A stretch of 64,000 nucleotides of DNA from Phoronis australis (GCA_002633005.1 NMRA01000660.1:113442-177441), one strand, 5' to 3'. Positions 13,519 to 26,790 are shown, counted from the stretch's first letter. The notes: generated by a model not told the origin, from the letters alone. Numbers and translations: made by a program.

Positions 13519-15739
13519 GCTTTGCTCAACTAATAGATGTCCGTCTGTAACATTGCTTTCCTGCAAACTGTGAAGTAGATTTGTGTCGTTTAAAATAGCT
13601 TTCCTCCAAAAATGAAACACCACAAATTGCGAAATTACCACAGTGGAGATTGGAAGTTTTTTGGAGTTTATGCGTTTCTGGAAAGTTTATGTTTTCGAGA
13701 GGCGTATTTCAAAGAATAGCGAACGTATAACGGCGATTCTAACGTGGTTTCATTTTCAAATCGAAATTCAAACCTGGTATGCACAAAGATTGTTTTACTA
13801 TCGTTGCTCTCAATTAAGAGAGTACGTATATGTCCAAAATTTTGAAAACGTTTTCCTCCGAATTACAGCTTCGATAAATCCAGAATTTGTTTCAAACGGC
13901 CAACTTCACGACTGCCGGCCGCGTTTCCGCAGTACAATGTTTTTACCGAAACGACTAACGTTGTTTACGTTCATAGTAAGTTAATTTGTTTCGGTGTTGA
14001 TTTGATCCTCTCTTTCCGAAGTTGTACCATAAAGGCTTGGAAGCAAACGTCGCGTGTTATAACTATCGTGTTGTACGCCCATAACGCATTATTTTTATTT
14101 GTTAGCAATCAAGGGATGTGGCAATAAATAGCAAATTTGTTAAAGTAAAATGAATAACTCTTTTTGAAAAACAATTATAGTAGTGTGACACTAAATTGAT
14201 GAGATAAATCAATCAGCTCATCTGTTTTCTAACTCGTCTGAAATCTGCCAGGGCGCTAGTGCATTAGATCTAACACTTTTGCCAAACATCCTTATGAATC
14301 ATATGATTCAATATCATGTTAACGAAGCTTCCTGTAATTGGCTTATCATGCGCTACATGGGTTTGGTTATGGCAGAAACAATCTGGTTGTCAGAATAAAT
14401 ATTGATTGAGAAATTAATACAAATACATGTAATTCCATTTTAAGTTGCCCAAAATGTGTGCATATGCACTTTTAAATCATTCGGTCAAACTTGTTTCCTT
14501 TTTTAACGCCAAGATCTATTTTTCGATGATATTTACTACCTTGGTTCTGGGATCAAAGCACTCTAAATATTCTAGAAATTTCTGAGAGCAAATCGTAACA
14601 GCCAATGTGTGATAAGAGCAGGTCATGTGTTTTTTATCAGCCAATCGTTAAATAGGTATTATAATTTAGGCTGAAGTTTAAAAAATACTCTGATGCGTTA
14701 TAGTAGTTGAAGCATAAAGACTTTCTACGGTGTACAGAAGCAATTGTACAACAGTGCCATCTCGTGGAAGATTCTAATTCATCGCCTACTTGAAATAGTT
14801 GATGTGATATGTCGTTTTACTACATGAGAATTTTAGACAATTTTTGACCGATCTCTAGGGGAAGAAGGTGTTGATTGTTAGTACCTGTTTCACTCACGGA
14901 CGTGTGCAGTGTAACAGACAGATTGAACAATAATGAATGACGTGTGCTAGTATGGTGGGCGATGTGACTGATTCAATTCGAGAATGTTCAGCTGCCTTTA
15001 TAAATATTTTGCAAGAAGCAGGTATGGGTTTTCTTTGTACATGTAGATAGTGTAGGTCGGGAATTTTCCGCTTTTTAATCATTTGTTTGAAAGTTGGTCG
15101 ACTTCGTGTTGAGAGTATAAAGTATGTTGAAATTCGCCAACAGACAAGCTGCACGAGTTTAACAGATGAATATGATATAACAAAATCAATATATTATATA
15201 AGTTCCGTTTTATTATTGAGAATTTTAAGAAATAAATGTAGAAAACGGCTGGAAAGCAATTGAAGATTCTTTAAGTTTGAGGCTACTGACATTGTCTCAA
15301 AAAATTTGAAACTTTGTCAGGTTTCCTGTCCCATCCCCGGGGCTCGTACGTTTCGCGCTGGTTCGCTGTTTTCGACTCTAGAATATCTGTTTTACACCGG
15401 TATTCCAATTTCAATGGAATAGCCTTTGGTTGGTGTTTATGAGTCCGTGAGCTGTGTTGCTCGGTGTGGTGATGAGTTTATAACATACATTAGCTTTTTA
15501 AGTGGCCGCCGATGTCATTAAACTCCATAATCATAGTATATTCTGCAAATCCCTAAGATCAATTGACATGTACCTCTCATCTGCGTAGTTTGTAGTTTTG
15601 AATTTGTTCTCAATCACAAACAAAACAATGGATAAAAAAGAGAATATGAGACCTTAATGAAACAGTCAACCATAGAAAAGGTAAGTTTTCTTAAGCTTAT
15701 TGCGAATACCAAGTTCATGATAATCCACACTCGGCCTAG

Positions 15740-15821
15740 ATTGTGTCACTGTCTCAACTACCAGTAGAGACGGTGGCCATATTGTATCACTGTCTCAACT
15801 AGCAGTAGAGACGGTGGCCAT
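15740..15821. repeat. 2 x 41 bp tandem repeat, third diverged unit at about 16125-16168
   Basis: ATTGTRTCACTGTCTCAACTASCAGTAGAGACGGTGGCCAT. Confidence 0.9.
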
Positions 15822-18800
15822 CCCATAGACCCTTCATACGCCAAAAGCTTTTCGACGAAGTGTTCTTTAAATAAGTAAGCCATCGAAGTACCCGTTTTGC
15901 GCATAGAAGGAAACCTATATACGAGGCCATTAATTCAATTCTTAGTTCCAACTCGAACAACTATTGAATAGTCCCGATAGCAAACCCTTTTCAGGTAGTC
16001 ATTCGCTCCGCTGCCCAAATCGGCAACTGCATGGCCATTTTTACATGGCGTCATTTCTTCAGGCGCGAGGAGTATAAAAAGTCCAATTGTCATTCCAAAG
16101 ATTAGGTAGTACATGGTTGACTGTAGACAGTGCCACCGTCTAAACAAGCAGTAGAGACGGCGGTCATCTCATAGGCCGTTCAAACTGGGGCATTTACGAG
16201 CGCAGTGCATGCCAGTGTAAGGCACTCGTTAATCCGGAAGTTAACGCTAATAAGAGCACAGCCACCCTACGCGTATACGGTGTAAGTGGGCCTAATGAAC
16301 GTATTGTACCTCATGTTGCACTGCGAAAGAGAGAAGAACACAATTTCATCTCAGGAATCGCGTTATGATTGGCATTAAATTTGATTTTCAGGTACCTTAT
16401 GTTCACGAGCAGTATGTGAGATTAATTTACTCACCAGACTGCAAAGCAAGCCCTAAACACGTTGCAAGCGTAAGATTCTTTGAAAAGAAATTCAGAATTC
16501 ACATGTACATTGTCACAGCAGCGATTGCAATGCACTTCTGTGAACATGTGCAAAGACCATTCTCAAAATAATCCGCCATTTAATGAAACTTGACAGGGAT
16601 TCTCCCGTGAGGAACGAATCACTCCACTCGTATGAATGATTGCACTGCACTCGCGTGGACGAGTGCAATACACATAGTATTACTCTCAAAATAAATTCGG
16701 TTGCTATGATATCTGCTTTTTCTATTGTATAATCCGAGCGTGATTGGTGACTTCCTTGTTCACGACATGCATTCTACAGCGCGACGATTGCTATGTACTC
16801 AGGAAGGAATGCGGTGCACTCGTATGGACAATTGCAATGAAATCGTTCTCAAAGAACAATTTGGGTTGTTGTGAAATCCGCCATTAGCATCGTGCCATAA
16901 TCTGAGCGTGATGCGCGACCTCTGGGTTCTTGCATGCATTTTTCAACGATTGTTAAGATTGCACTCCAATAATGAACAAGTGCAGTTGGTCATGCTCTCG
17001 CTATGGCCACGAGCAATGCACGCGTTCTCAAGGAACACTGGCGTTCCACACTAATCTGCTCATCAAAAATGTCTAAGCAGGGAAGTTTCCCCGTAATTTA
17101 CATTTGAAAGTTTTCACGCCCGTGTTTCGTAATCGCTACATGTATATCCAGGCATTGAGGAATAAGGTTTTAAAGATTTACTTTCTCTGTTTACGCCCTT
17201 AAATTGAGTTCTTAAATTAAGATCGTGATTGTCGTAGTGTAAAACAAGCGTGAAACGACGAGCCTGGATCGTTGGCCACTAGGGGAAAAGTGTCGCCCGT
17301 GACTTACATTCTGGATCGTAAATTTCTGGTGTACTTCTTACAGAAGATTACATTTCTGACGTGGATATAAGTATCCTCGCTCGGAGCCGAACACAAATGT
17401 CGTTGGAATGATTGCTTACAAAATCAAATTATGCTTCTACAAGAAACCGATTTTGATGGTTCCTGGAATTTCCCACTCGACTGAATTAACTCAAAAACTG
17501 CGCCAGGCACTTTTGGTTGTTACGTCTCCCATTTGACAAAAAGCATAATCGGTCCGGACGGTTATGTTTGTTGCGACGAATAGTTCACCACTGTTTTTGA
17601 CACAGACACAGATGTCCGGCTTTTTATCAGAAAAGTTCACTTTTAAATTCAGTAGTTCAATCTTTCTTTCTAGATTGTTGACTGTGAAAACTATGCAACA
17701 GGTTTTCAAAACGGTGTTTCTTAGATATGGATATTGATATAACCCACGGTTGTGTTCTTTAGTAACACAACAATAATAAAAATGTGTTCCAATTTCTCTT
17801 ATTTCTCGGGTAATACACACTGCATCTATCAGATTCAATAATTTTTATTTAATGAAGAAATGAGTTCTACGCCTAAACCTTTGTGGAAATTCCTACACAG
17901 CAACCAATGTAGTGAGCAATCCGCAATATATTTCAAGCTACACAGTAAATGCTTGCCCATATTGGACAGTACTGAAAACCATTATCTGAAAATTTCAGAT
18001 AGGTACAGAAACGTTTACCAGTTTCGAACCAACAGGGGACTGTGGCATTGGCATGTAATGGCAAATTATTAGAAGCAAAATCCTTAATATCAAAGATTTA
18101 GATGTATTATATGGCAACAAAGCGATGAAATAAACAGCTCACCACCGTTTGTATTTGCGTATCAAAGCAATGATAGTTATCAGTCATGAAGATGGCGCAA
18201 CGGTTATTGGGCTAATTTAATCGATAAAAACAGGGACACCATATAAAGTTCATCCCATCCATTGCAAAGTGCCTGTCCTTATTTGCAGATCTCCAAAATG
18301 CTACATCCTAAAACTGGTTCGACTTCAACATCATTGTATTAGGTTAACTTTGCAAAACCGCTGTTTTCACGGAATTATTAAAAACAGAAAACGAATGTTA
18401 TGATTCTCTACAAAATCAACACAACTTTCAATTGCTAATCCTTAATGAAAGCATCAACCAGTGGGGTGAACTTAAAAATATAAATTGATTTTAGACTCGG
18501 TCTCAAATTGTTCCTTATTCAAAATAGATTGAAAATAACTGACATACGTTATTCCTTGAGAGCAGCATCTTCAAGTTGTCTTAATTGTCATGGCGTGTAA
18601 TTATATTCGCAGAGCTTGGTCACGAGGAATAACGAAATGTTAATTCTTTTCAAAGACCCATAACTGGTAGGCTGACCCAAATTCATAGCGGTAAGTGCAC
18701 TAAATCGTATATCAATTTCGTCGCAGAATTCAAGTACTGCTTTACTCAAACGATACACTTAAAGACTATGACATAATGCTAAGAGCAACCACAAGGGAAA

Positions 18801-19034
18801 ACAAAGTGTTTTGACAGGGAATATACAACACTTGACAGTAAATGAAGTTTAGTGAACGACTACTCTTGGACTTACATCAATTTTGGTCAAACATAATTGT
18901 TCTTCGTTAAATGTTTTCGCTAATTTTGAAAGAGAACAGGAATGTCCGGACACAAACACCTCTGCCTCATTTTAGTTTGAAAGTATAGAAATATGCTGAA
19001 CATAGAAATTGAGAAACGTAAGAAAAAAACTTAC

Positions 19035-19071
19035 ACATGAATAACAAACGGGTTACGTCTCGGTTCTCCAT
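19035..19071 (-). CDS. Putative first coding exon, left paralog (MENRDVTRLLFM)
   Basis: 37 nt from ATG to gtaagt; homologous to 38570-38606, including upstream GGAAGTTCAATGCTT. Confidence 0.5.
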
Positions 19072-19617
19072 TAATACGGTCTACACTGCAACATCCTTGC
19101 TAAGCATTGAACTTCCGTGATTGACGTTTTATTATTTTTCGTCGTTATCTTCAAGTCCAACATGTGCTCCAGGTTATACTTGTGACCTCAGCGTTGAGCA
19201 ACTTCCCTGACAATGTTTCGGACATTCATTAGGTTTTTATATGTTTGTTGGAACTGTGGCGGTCACGTGATCATGATAACAGGGTTCATGGAAATGTTCG
19301 AGTGACGCAAAAAAACGAGACAGTCGGTTTTGGTTCACTTCCAAAGTTTCGATGTTGGAATTGCATCACTTATCGAAGATGTCACTTTCGGGAATTTTGA
19401 TTCAAGCCCGTCCTTGATGGAGATATCGATAACGAATAAAGTAATCGGCTGTGTTACGGTTATTGTACGTTTTCTACTGCAGTGATAATTTGGACTATAG
19501 TCATAACGAAGAGAATAAAGAGTAATGAGCACAAAAACAAGGAGCTGAGTGTTGATTTTTAGAGCAGTTAGAATAATGCTCAAAATGGTGGCATCTATGC
19601 ACCAATCAAGGCATACA

Positions 19618-19767
19618 TCAGGGGCGGATTCAGGATTTGAGGTAAGGGGGGGTAAGGCAGAGTATTAGCCAGGATTTTGCCTGTCAGACATTCGCACCCC
19701 CGTACTGCCTAATGGAATCTGGGAAAATTTTAGGATGCCATGGCCCCCCCCTCTAAATCAGCCACTG
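19618..19767. mobile_element. hAT-type MITE
   Basis: CAGGGGCGGATTCAGG / CTAAATCAGCCACTG imperfect TIRs. Confidence 0.65.
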
Positions 19768-21525
19768 TAAATAGTTCCGACATGTCAATAAGGTTATTAA
19801 AGCGACATCGACGTTTTACGCCTTTTTGTAATGAGTGACCAATGGGATAGACTTTTGAAGTTGTTCGTATTTCAGACATGGAAATTTATGTATGCAAGAC
19901 TAAAGACGATGCAAATGAGTGATTAGTAAAAACTACAACGTTCAAATTCGACAAACTTCCGCGCAGTTTCTAACTCGACCAAATCTCGTCCAAATTTCAA
20001 CAAGTGTAACTCTAACTTGAGCCATAAACGCAACATGCGCAAACAACCATGCTCAATTCAAATATTTGGCAAATTTTGTGGCAAGATTTAGTTTGCCTCC
20101 TGATTCTACACTTTCAAGTCATTCCTCTCACAACGACTTTTGCAACGTCGAGAACAAAATGAGAATGCCTGTAACAAGGAAACTAAACTCCACTTAAAAA
20201 ATTAACATTCTTCACGACTTCCTTCCTTCTAGCATAGAACTGTAGACATGTCCAGAGTTCAAGACTACGAGCTAGTCTCATATATCCGTTAATGTTTTCA
20301 GTATCGACCGGTAACGCGAGTAGCCTGCAGTTAGAACAGAACTACCCATTAGTCAAAAAGAACAGGTAGAGGAGTTAAAATTGGTCAAGTTTTTTCAATA
20401 GGAGGTGAAATCATAAATTTTGCCTTATTATGTTGGAAGGCGAGAGGTGTGTTGTTGCAGTTTGTAGTGATTTTGTGAAGATTATACATGTAGCTACTGA
20501 TAGCTGGCGACAGTCAAGTTTGCGGAAGAATAAAAGATACTGGTAACTAAACCAAATTGGTTGCACCGGGATTTTGTTACACTCGTAGTCAAATTGCAGC
20601 CACATATTGAAGTGCATGTACAGCGTTGTAATAAAAGCTACTAGAAATAGTAAAACATTTATTGATTAGAAACATACAAAAACTTATACAGTGTAAGTAT
20701 CAATACACCATTCTAACATTTTTTTAGTTATCTTTCTCGTTTAACTGAATATTTAAAAACTGTAAGTGCGTTTCCGTTTAAGAATATGTTTTTTAATTCA
20801 ATGCGTTAGCTTTTCCAACAAAATCCTTGAACACATCATTTTAACATTGCAGGTCCTGCAGGTTCTCTCTGAATTGTCGCAAAAAGACGATAAGACGGTG
20901 GATGACGCTAAAAGGGCGCCAAGCCTTGCAAGAACAGTTTTCGTGCACAGGATATAATTTAAAACTCACCGAAAAATATCTAAAACACAATTGACGCTTA
21001 TCGTGAAGAAAATTTATAGAAACGAGACAAAATACGTTAGGATAACCTTTTTCAAATACGTTACTTCGTACAATCTGCAAGAACATTCACTAAATGCTCA
21101 TTACGGTTTTGTAACGAACAGTTGTACCAATGAAAATAATATTGTGGTCCTGAATACGTACAACACAAATCTGATTAGTAAACAAATTCATCGAAACGCC
21201 TACATGTACGTGCACAAGGTGATTATCGACTGACGATATGCGCGTAATTCGAATCAGTTGTCAGACGACCAGATTTCGGACCCAACTGCCGATGGCAATG
21301 GCTTCAGAGGTAACGACCTCTAAAAGACTGTTGCATTTAGGTCGGCGTCAGGTAGATCTCATGTCAGCTAATCATTACCGACCGAGAAACAAGTTTACAC
21401 TGCATGTGAAGTAAAAGCTGCAAAACGCCAATGGAGAATCAAACAAGGATCACATTTAACATTTAACAATTAAAAACTAGAAATCGATAACTGACATATG
21501 GTCCGCCAGTTCTAACCAGGAACGA

Positions 21526-21600
21526 CTAGGAAAAATTGGCGTAAGTGTCAAACGACTGAATGAACTGCTCCGCCATACTGTACAGCGACCTGTACTGGTC
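21526..21600 (-). CDS. Second copy of the RPTP terminal exon (...YANFS*)
   Basis: Same peptide as 24538-24612, with synonymous differences. Confidence 0.8.
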   Translation of the reverse strand, partial: DQYRSLYSMAEQFIQSFDTYANFS

Positions 21601-22022
21601 CTGAAAAGACAAAATACGCAGGATGAAAAGGTGGTGTCGGCGTAGTGAAAATGCAGAAAAACAATACTATGTACACGTAGTCCAGGAACTTTTCACTCGT
21701 AAGGTGACACTCTTGCTCACTGTTCAGTCAAAATACAACATCCCGATTCTAAAAATAACCAAACCAGCTTGCACTTGAAAAGTTAGGTTCTTCCGATTGT
21801 CACAAGCCAGGAGAAATTAACATAAGATCCTCGAAAACTCTCAAGATGACACATCAAAAACATTCTACCCAGCTCCGACGCCAGTAGAAAGCTGCAATTA
21901 TAGACGTTGTTATAAATGAAACACACGGATTAAGGACCCGAAAACAATTACATATAAATTAAATTTGACAGCAGACGTTGAGAAAAGAGCAATTACCACA
22001 ATGGTTACCCGCTGAAACTTAC

Positions 22023-22158
22023 CACGTTGGTAATAAACTGGAATCTGGTGACTCTATTGTTCTTCACAGTCTGGAATACGTCGACGCCCTGTTCAACTTT
22101 GATCTTCTCAAACAGGTTGGCAAGAGTACAAAAGTATCCGCTACGAGTACAACCGTCC
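22023..22158 (-). CDS. Second copy of the RPTP DGCTRSG exon
   Basis: 136 nt, same splice sites as 25034-25169, few substitutions (KNNRV vs KNIRV). Confidence 0.8.
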
Positions 22159-22577
22159 CTGAAATGGGCCATTTAGTGTAGAACTGGCAGGAAAAATAAA
22201 TCAATCAGCAAAGTTATGCAAACCCCTTGCAGTGGAGGTAGTGAATTCCATTCTGAAGGGAAAATCGCCTCAGGCTCCGACATGCAACACAGGTATTCGA
22301 CAGAGGTGCGAAACAACTACGCCATCTGATGTCTAACCCGTAGAAACAGTGGTGCTGTCCATGAACATTATGTGGGAGAGGCAAGCCGCTAATAGCAACG
22401 TGACAAAAGAGACATTAACACAATCGCTGTAATTAATTGTCTTCCCCGACTAAAACACCTGGTGGGTTTAAAGAACCATTGATGTGTCTGAACCAGGTGA
22501 CAAGGCAGAACCGAGGAAGTCGTTTCTACATTCAACAAGATTCATTTATGAACATAAAACTTGCTATATTTACTCAC

Positions 22578-22704
22578 AAACAATGTATTACAGCTGCGTT
22601 TTTCCCGGTTTGTTGCTGCGCCAGTTCCACAATTTCAATAAGTTCAATAAGCGCACTTTGTAGGTTCGATGGTGGCACAGGCAGTTTGTTTGGCCAGCCT
22701 CTTA
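22578..22704 (-). CDS. Second copy of the RPTP WP-loop/HC exon, cut off by the assembly gap
   Basis: Near-identical to 25575-25701 (RGWPNKLPVPPSNLQ...VIHC). Confidence 0.8.
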
Positions 22705-23335
22705 NNNNNNNNNNNNNNNNNNNNNNNNNNNNNNNNNNNNNNNNNNNNNNNNNNNNNNNNNNNNNNNNNNNNNNNNNNNNNNNNNNNNNNNNNNNNNNNN
22801 NNNNNNNNNNNNNNNNNNNNNNNNNNNNNNNNNNNNNNNNNNNNNNNNNNNNNNNNNNNNNNNNNNNNNNNNNNNNNNNNNNNNNNNNNNNNNNNNNNNN
22901 NNNNNNNNNNNNNNNNNNNNNNNNNNNNNNNNNNNNNNNNNNNNNNNNNNNNNNNNNNNNNNNNNNNNNNNNNNNNNNNNNNNNNNNNNNNNNNNNNNNN
23001 NNNNNNNNNNNNNNNNNNNNNNNNNNNNNNNNNNNNNNNNNNNNNNNNNNNNNNNNNNNNNNNNNNNNNNNNNNNNNNNNNNNNNNNNNNNNNNNNNNNN
23101 NNNNNNNNNNNNNNNNNNNNNNNNNNNNNNNNNNNNNNNNNNNNNNNNNNNNNNNNNNNNNNNNNNNNNNNNNNNNNNNNNNNNNNNNNNNNNNNNNNNN
23201 NNNNNNNNNNNNNNNNNNNNNNNNNNNNNNNNNNNNNNNNNNNNNNNNNNNNNNNNNNNNNNNNNNNNNNNNNNNNNNNNNNNNNNNNNNNNNNNNNNNN
23301 NNNNNNNNNNNNNNNNNNNNNNNNNNNNNNNNNNN
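22705..23335. other. Assembly gap (631 N)
   Basis: Run of N. Confidence 1.
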
Positions 23336-24537
23336 CGCAAGTAGCCTGCACAAAACTACCCATTGATCAAAAAGACCAGGTAGAGGAGAAAAACTTGGTC
23401 AAGTTTGTTCAATAGGAGGTGAAATAATAACTAGTGCCTTATTATGTTGGAAGGCGAGTGGCGTGTTCTTGCAGTTTGTAGTGATTTTGTGAAGATTATA
23501 CATGTAGCTACTGATAGCAGTGGACATTCAAGTTTGCGGTAGAATAAAAAATACTGGTAACTAAACCAAATTGGTTGCACCGTGATTTTGTTACACTCTT
23601 AGTCAAATTTCAGCCACATATTCAAGTACATGTACAGTGTTTTAATAAAAGGTACTACAATTGTAAAACATTTATTGATTAGAAATATACAAAAACTTAT
23701 ACAGTGTAAGTATCAATACACCACTCTAACATTTTTTTAGTTATCTTTCTCGTTTAACTGAATATTTAAAAACTGGAAGTGCGTTTTCGTTTAAGAATAT
23801 GTTTTTTAATTCAATGCGTTAGTTTTTTCAACAAATTCTTTGAACACATCATTTAAACATTGCAGGTCATGTAGGTACTCTCTAAATTGTCGCAAAAAGA
23901 CGATAAGACGGTGGGTGACGCTACAAGGCCGCCAAGCCTTGCAAGAACAGATTTCGTGCACAGGATGTAATTAAAAATTCACCGAATAATATCTAAAACA
24001 CAATTTACGCTTATCGTGTAGACAATTTACAGAAACGAGGCAAATTACGTTAGGACAACCTTTTTCAAATACGTTACTTCGTACAATTTTCAAGAACATT
24101 CACTAAATATTCATTACGTTTTTGTAACAAATAGTTGTACCAATGAAAATAATATTGTGGTCCTGAATACGTACAATACCAATCTGTTTAGTAAACAAAT
24201 TCATCGACACGCCTACACGTACGTGCACAAGGTGATTATCGACTGACGATCTGAGCGTAATTCGAATCAGTTGTCCGACGACCAGAGTTCGGACACAACT
24301 GCCAATGGCAATGGCTTCCGAGGTAACGACCCATAAAAGACTGTTAAATTTAGGTCGGCGTTAGGTAGATCTCATGTCAGCTAATCATTACCGACCGAGA
24401 AACAAGTTTATACTGCATGTGAAGTAAAAGCTGCAAAACGCCAATGGAGAATCAAACAAGGATCACATTTAACATTTAACACACATAAAAACTAGAAAGC
24501 GATAACTAACATATGGTCCCGTTCTAACCAGGAACGA

Positions 24538-24612
24538 CTAGGAAAAGTTGGCGTAAGTATCAAAAGACTGAATGAACTGCTCCGCCATACTGTACAGCGA
24601 CCTGTACTGGTC
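24538..24612 (-). CDS. RPTP terminal exon (DQYRSLYSMAEQFIQSFDTYANFS*)
   Basis: QY motif and YANF tail as in PTPalpha/epsilon-like RPTPs; ttttcag acceptor; TAG stop. Confidence 0.94.
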   Translation of the reverse strand, partial: DQYRSLYSMAEQFIQSFDTYANFS

Positions 24613-25033
24613 CTGAAAACACAAAATACGCAGGATGAAAAGGTGGTGTTGGCGTAGTGAAAATGAAGAAAAACAGTACTAAGTAAACGTAGTCCAGGAA
24701 CTTTTCACTCGTAGGGTGACACTCTCGCTCACTGTTCAGTCAAAATACAAAATCCCGATTCTAAAAATAACCAAACCAGCTTGCACTTGAAAATTTAGGT
24801 TCTTCCGATTGTCACAAGCCAGGAGAAATTAACATAAGATCCTCGAAAACTCTCAAGATGACACATCAAAAACATTCTACCCAGCTCCGACGCCAGTATA
24901 AAGCTGCAATTATAGACGTTGTTATAAATGAAACGCACGGATCAAGGACCCGAAAACAATTACAGATAAATTAAATTTGGCAGCAGACGTTGAGCAAAGA
25001 CCAATTACCGCAATGGTTACCGCTGAAACTTAC

Positions 25034-25169
25034 CACGTTGGTAATAAACTGGAATCTGGTGACTCTAATGTTCTTCACAGTCTGGAATACGTCGACGCCC
25101 TGTTCAACTTTGATTTTCTCAAACAGGTTGGCAAGAGTACAAAAGTATCCGCTACGAGTACAACCGTCC
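25034..25169 (-). CDS. RPTP D2 exon (DGCTRSGYFC...VDVFQTVKNIRVTRFQFITNV)
   Basis: Completes the HCLDGCTRSG signature; VDVFQxVK motif; 136 nt, phase 2-0. Confidence 0.96.
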
Positions 25170-25574
25170 CTGAAATGGGCCATTTAGTGTAGAACTGGCA
25201 GGAACAATAAATCAATCTGCAAAGTTATGCAAACCCCTTGTAGTGGAGGTAGTGAATTCAATTCTGATGGGAAAATCGCCACAGGTCCCGACATGCAACA
25301 CAGGTATTCAACAGAGGTGCGAAACAACTACGCCATCTGATGTTTAACCCGTGGAAACTACAATGGCCCTGCCCATGAACATTAAGTGGGAGAGGCAAGG
25401 CGCTAAAAGAGACAGTAACACAATAGCTGTACTTAATTGACTTTCCCGACTAAAACACCTGGTGGGTTAAAAGAACCATTGATGTGTCTGAACCTGCTGA
25501 CAAGGGAGAACCGAGGAAATTTCTACATTCAACATGATTCATTTATGAACATAAAACTTGCTATATTTACTCAC

Positions 25575-25738
25575 AAACAATGTATTACAGCTGCGTTTTT
25601 CCCGGTTTGTTGCTGCGCCAGTTCCACAATTTCAATAAGTTCAATAAGCGCACTTTGTAGGTTCGATGGTGGCACAGCCAGTTTGTTTGGCCAGCCTCTT
25701 ACTTGGAAATGTTTGATTTCCCGACCTTTGCTGTTCGG
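25575..25738 (-). CDS. RPTP D2 exon (PNSKGREIKHFQVRGWPNK...AAVIHC)
   Basis: HFQxxxWP loop and VIHC motif; 164 nt, phase 0-2; cag/gtgagt boundaries. Confidence 0.96.
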
Positions 25739-26013
25739 CTGGAAGAAACAAGTCAAAATGTGACTATGGTCTTGCTGTTCAGAATGAAGGTACACGTACT
25801 CCCAATTATCACAAACATGAGATCTAATGTCCATGGTGATCTAGTTGTGAAAATACGTTCATTACTTCAACAGCGTATGATGTTAGTGGACAGTGACGAC
25901 GACACAAAAACGAGAGATGCTGCACCATGCGGCTAACGCCTTAGATTTATGTACTATTGAACTCCGGATTGATCAAGACAACACGAACAATGTAAAATAA
26001 CCAATACAATTAC

Positions 26014-26145
26014 CCTCCTTGTGTCAGTCAAAACCAGAGTTCGCTGCTTGATAACCTCGCCATGGTGATACCTTGACCCAACGCATTCCACTTCATACCG
26101 TCCAAAGCGCACAGACTCTTCATCCGGCCAGTATTGAGGACACGT
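26014..26145 (-). CDS. RPTP D2 exon (TCPQYWPDEESVRFGRYEVECVGSRYHHGEVIKQRTLVLTDTRR)
   Basis: CxQYWP motif; 132 nt; tag/gtaatt boundaries. Confidence 0.95.
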
Positions 26146-26469
26146 CTAAAACAGTGGGTTAGCAGTAACATAAGTCATACTATCCAGGGACCCTTTAGTT
26201 TGATTAGAGTGAGATCGAGTATAGCAAAACTAAGGTTATGAAGGACCTTCGAGACAAGTTTGTGCACTCACCAAATAAGTTACAAAACTAAGGAAATTGA
26301 CTAAAGAAAATATTCTCTGACAGTAGGAAACGTGTAGTGGGCCCTTTTTCAATAAACGTTTCACGGTTTTGTTCACGCATGTGCTATTTCGTGTTTCTTT
26401 TTCCTGACATTTGCACTCCATATCCTCGGCAAACAACGCCCCAAGTAAAGTTTGTTGTTGCTACTATTC

Positions 26470-26790
26470 CTCTAGTATATCTTAAGATTGTCCCCAAGAT
26501 TGAGTGTGTGTAGGTTACATACTTCCTTTCCACAGGTTCTCTTATTCCATATTGTTTTTATACCACCTTCGAAGGTTGTCGTCTGTTTTGTTGCATTCGT
26601 GTTGTCTGAAGGCGTCAATCTATCGCACAGTACCGTAATTCTTCGGATGCCGTGAGATTCTTAATTCTGTGATACTTAGATTTCAAGTCATTTGTGACTG
26701 CAGTACGCGTTCTTCTATTTTGTAGTTTTTAACATGCGAAATACATTCCAAGTGACACATTTGGTGTTGTTTTCCTGGTTGACATCTGTA
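26470..26790 (-). mobile_element. Very degenerate RTE-like LINE 3' remnant in an RPTP intron
   Basis: RMQQNRRQPSKVV...GIREPVER resembles the RMxxxRxPKxxL...GxRPxGR C-terminal motif of RTE ORFs. Confidence 0.35.

Larger units (their letters stand above)
20315..25701. repeat. About 2.4 kb direct duplication (20315-22704 vs 23336-25701) around an N gap
   Basis: Base-by-base similarity with scattered SNPs and small indels; both copies abut the gap. Confidence 0.95.

Noticed and set aside
13391-16170. 41-43-bp repeats as a CRISPR-like array
   Set aside because: Head-to-tail units without unique spacers, no cas genes, eukaryotic context
16432-16474. Minus-strand exon-like piece (NLTLATCLGLALQS) as a signal-peptide exon
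   Set aside because: Splicing to the phase-1 MENR exon creates TAA; no secure homolog, left unassigned
22437-23415. Five long ORFs (212-309 aa) in the track
   Set aside because: Artefacts of translating the N gap
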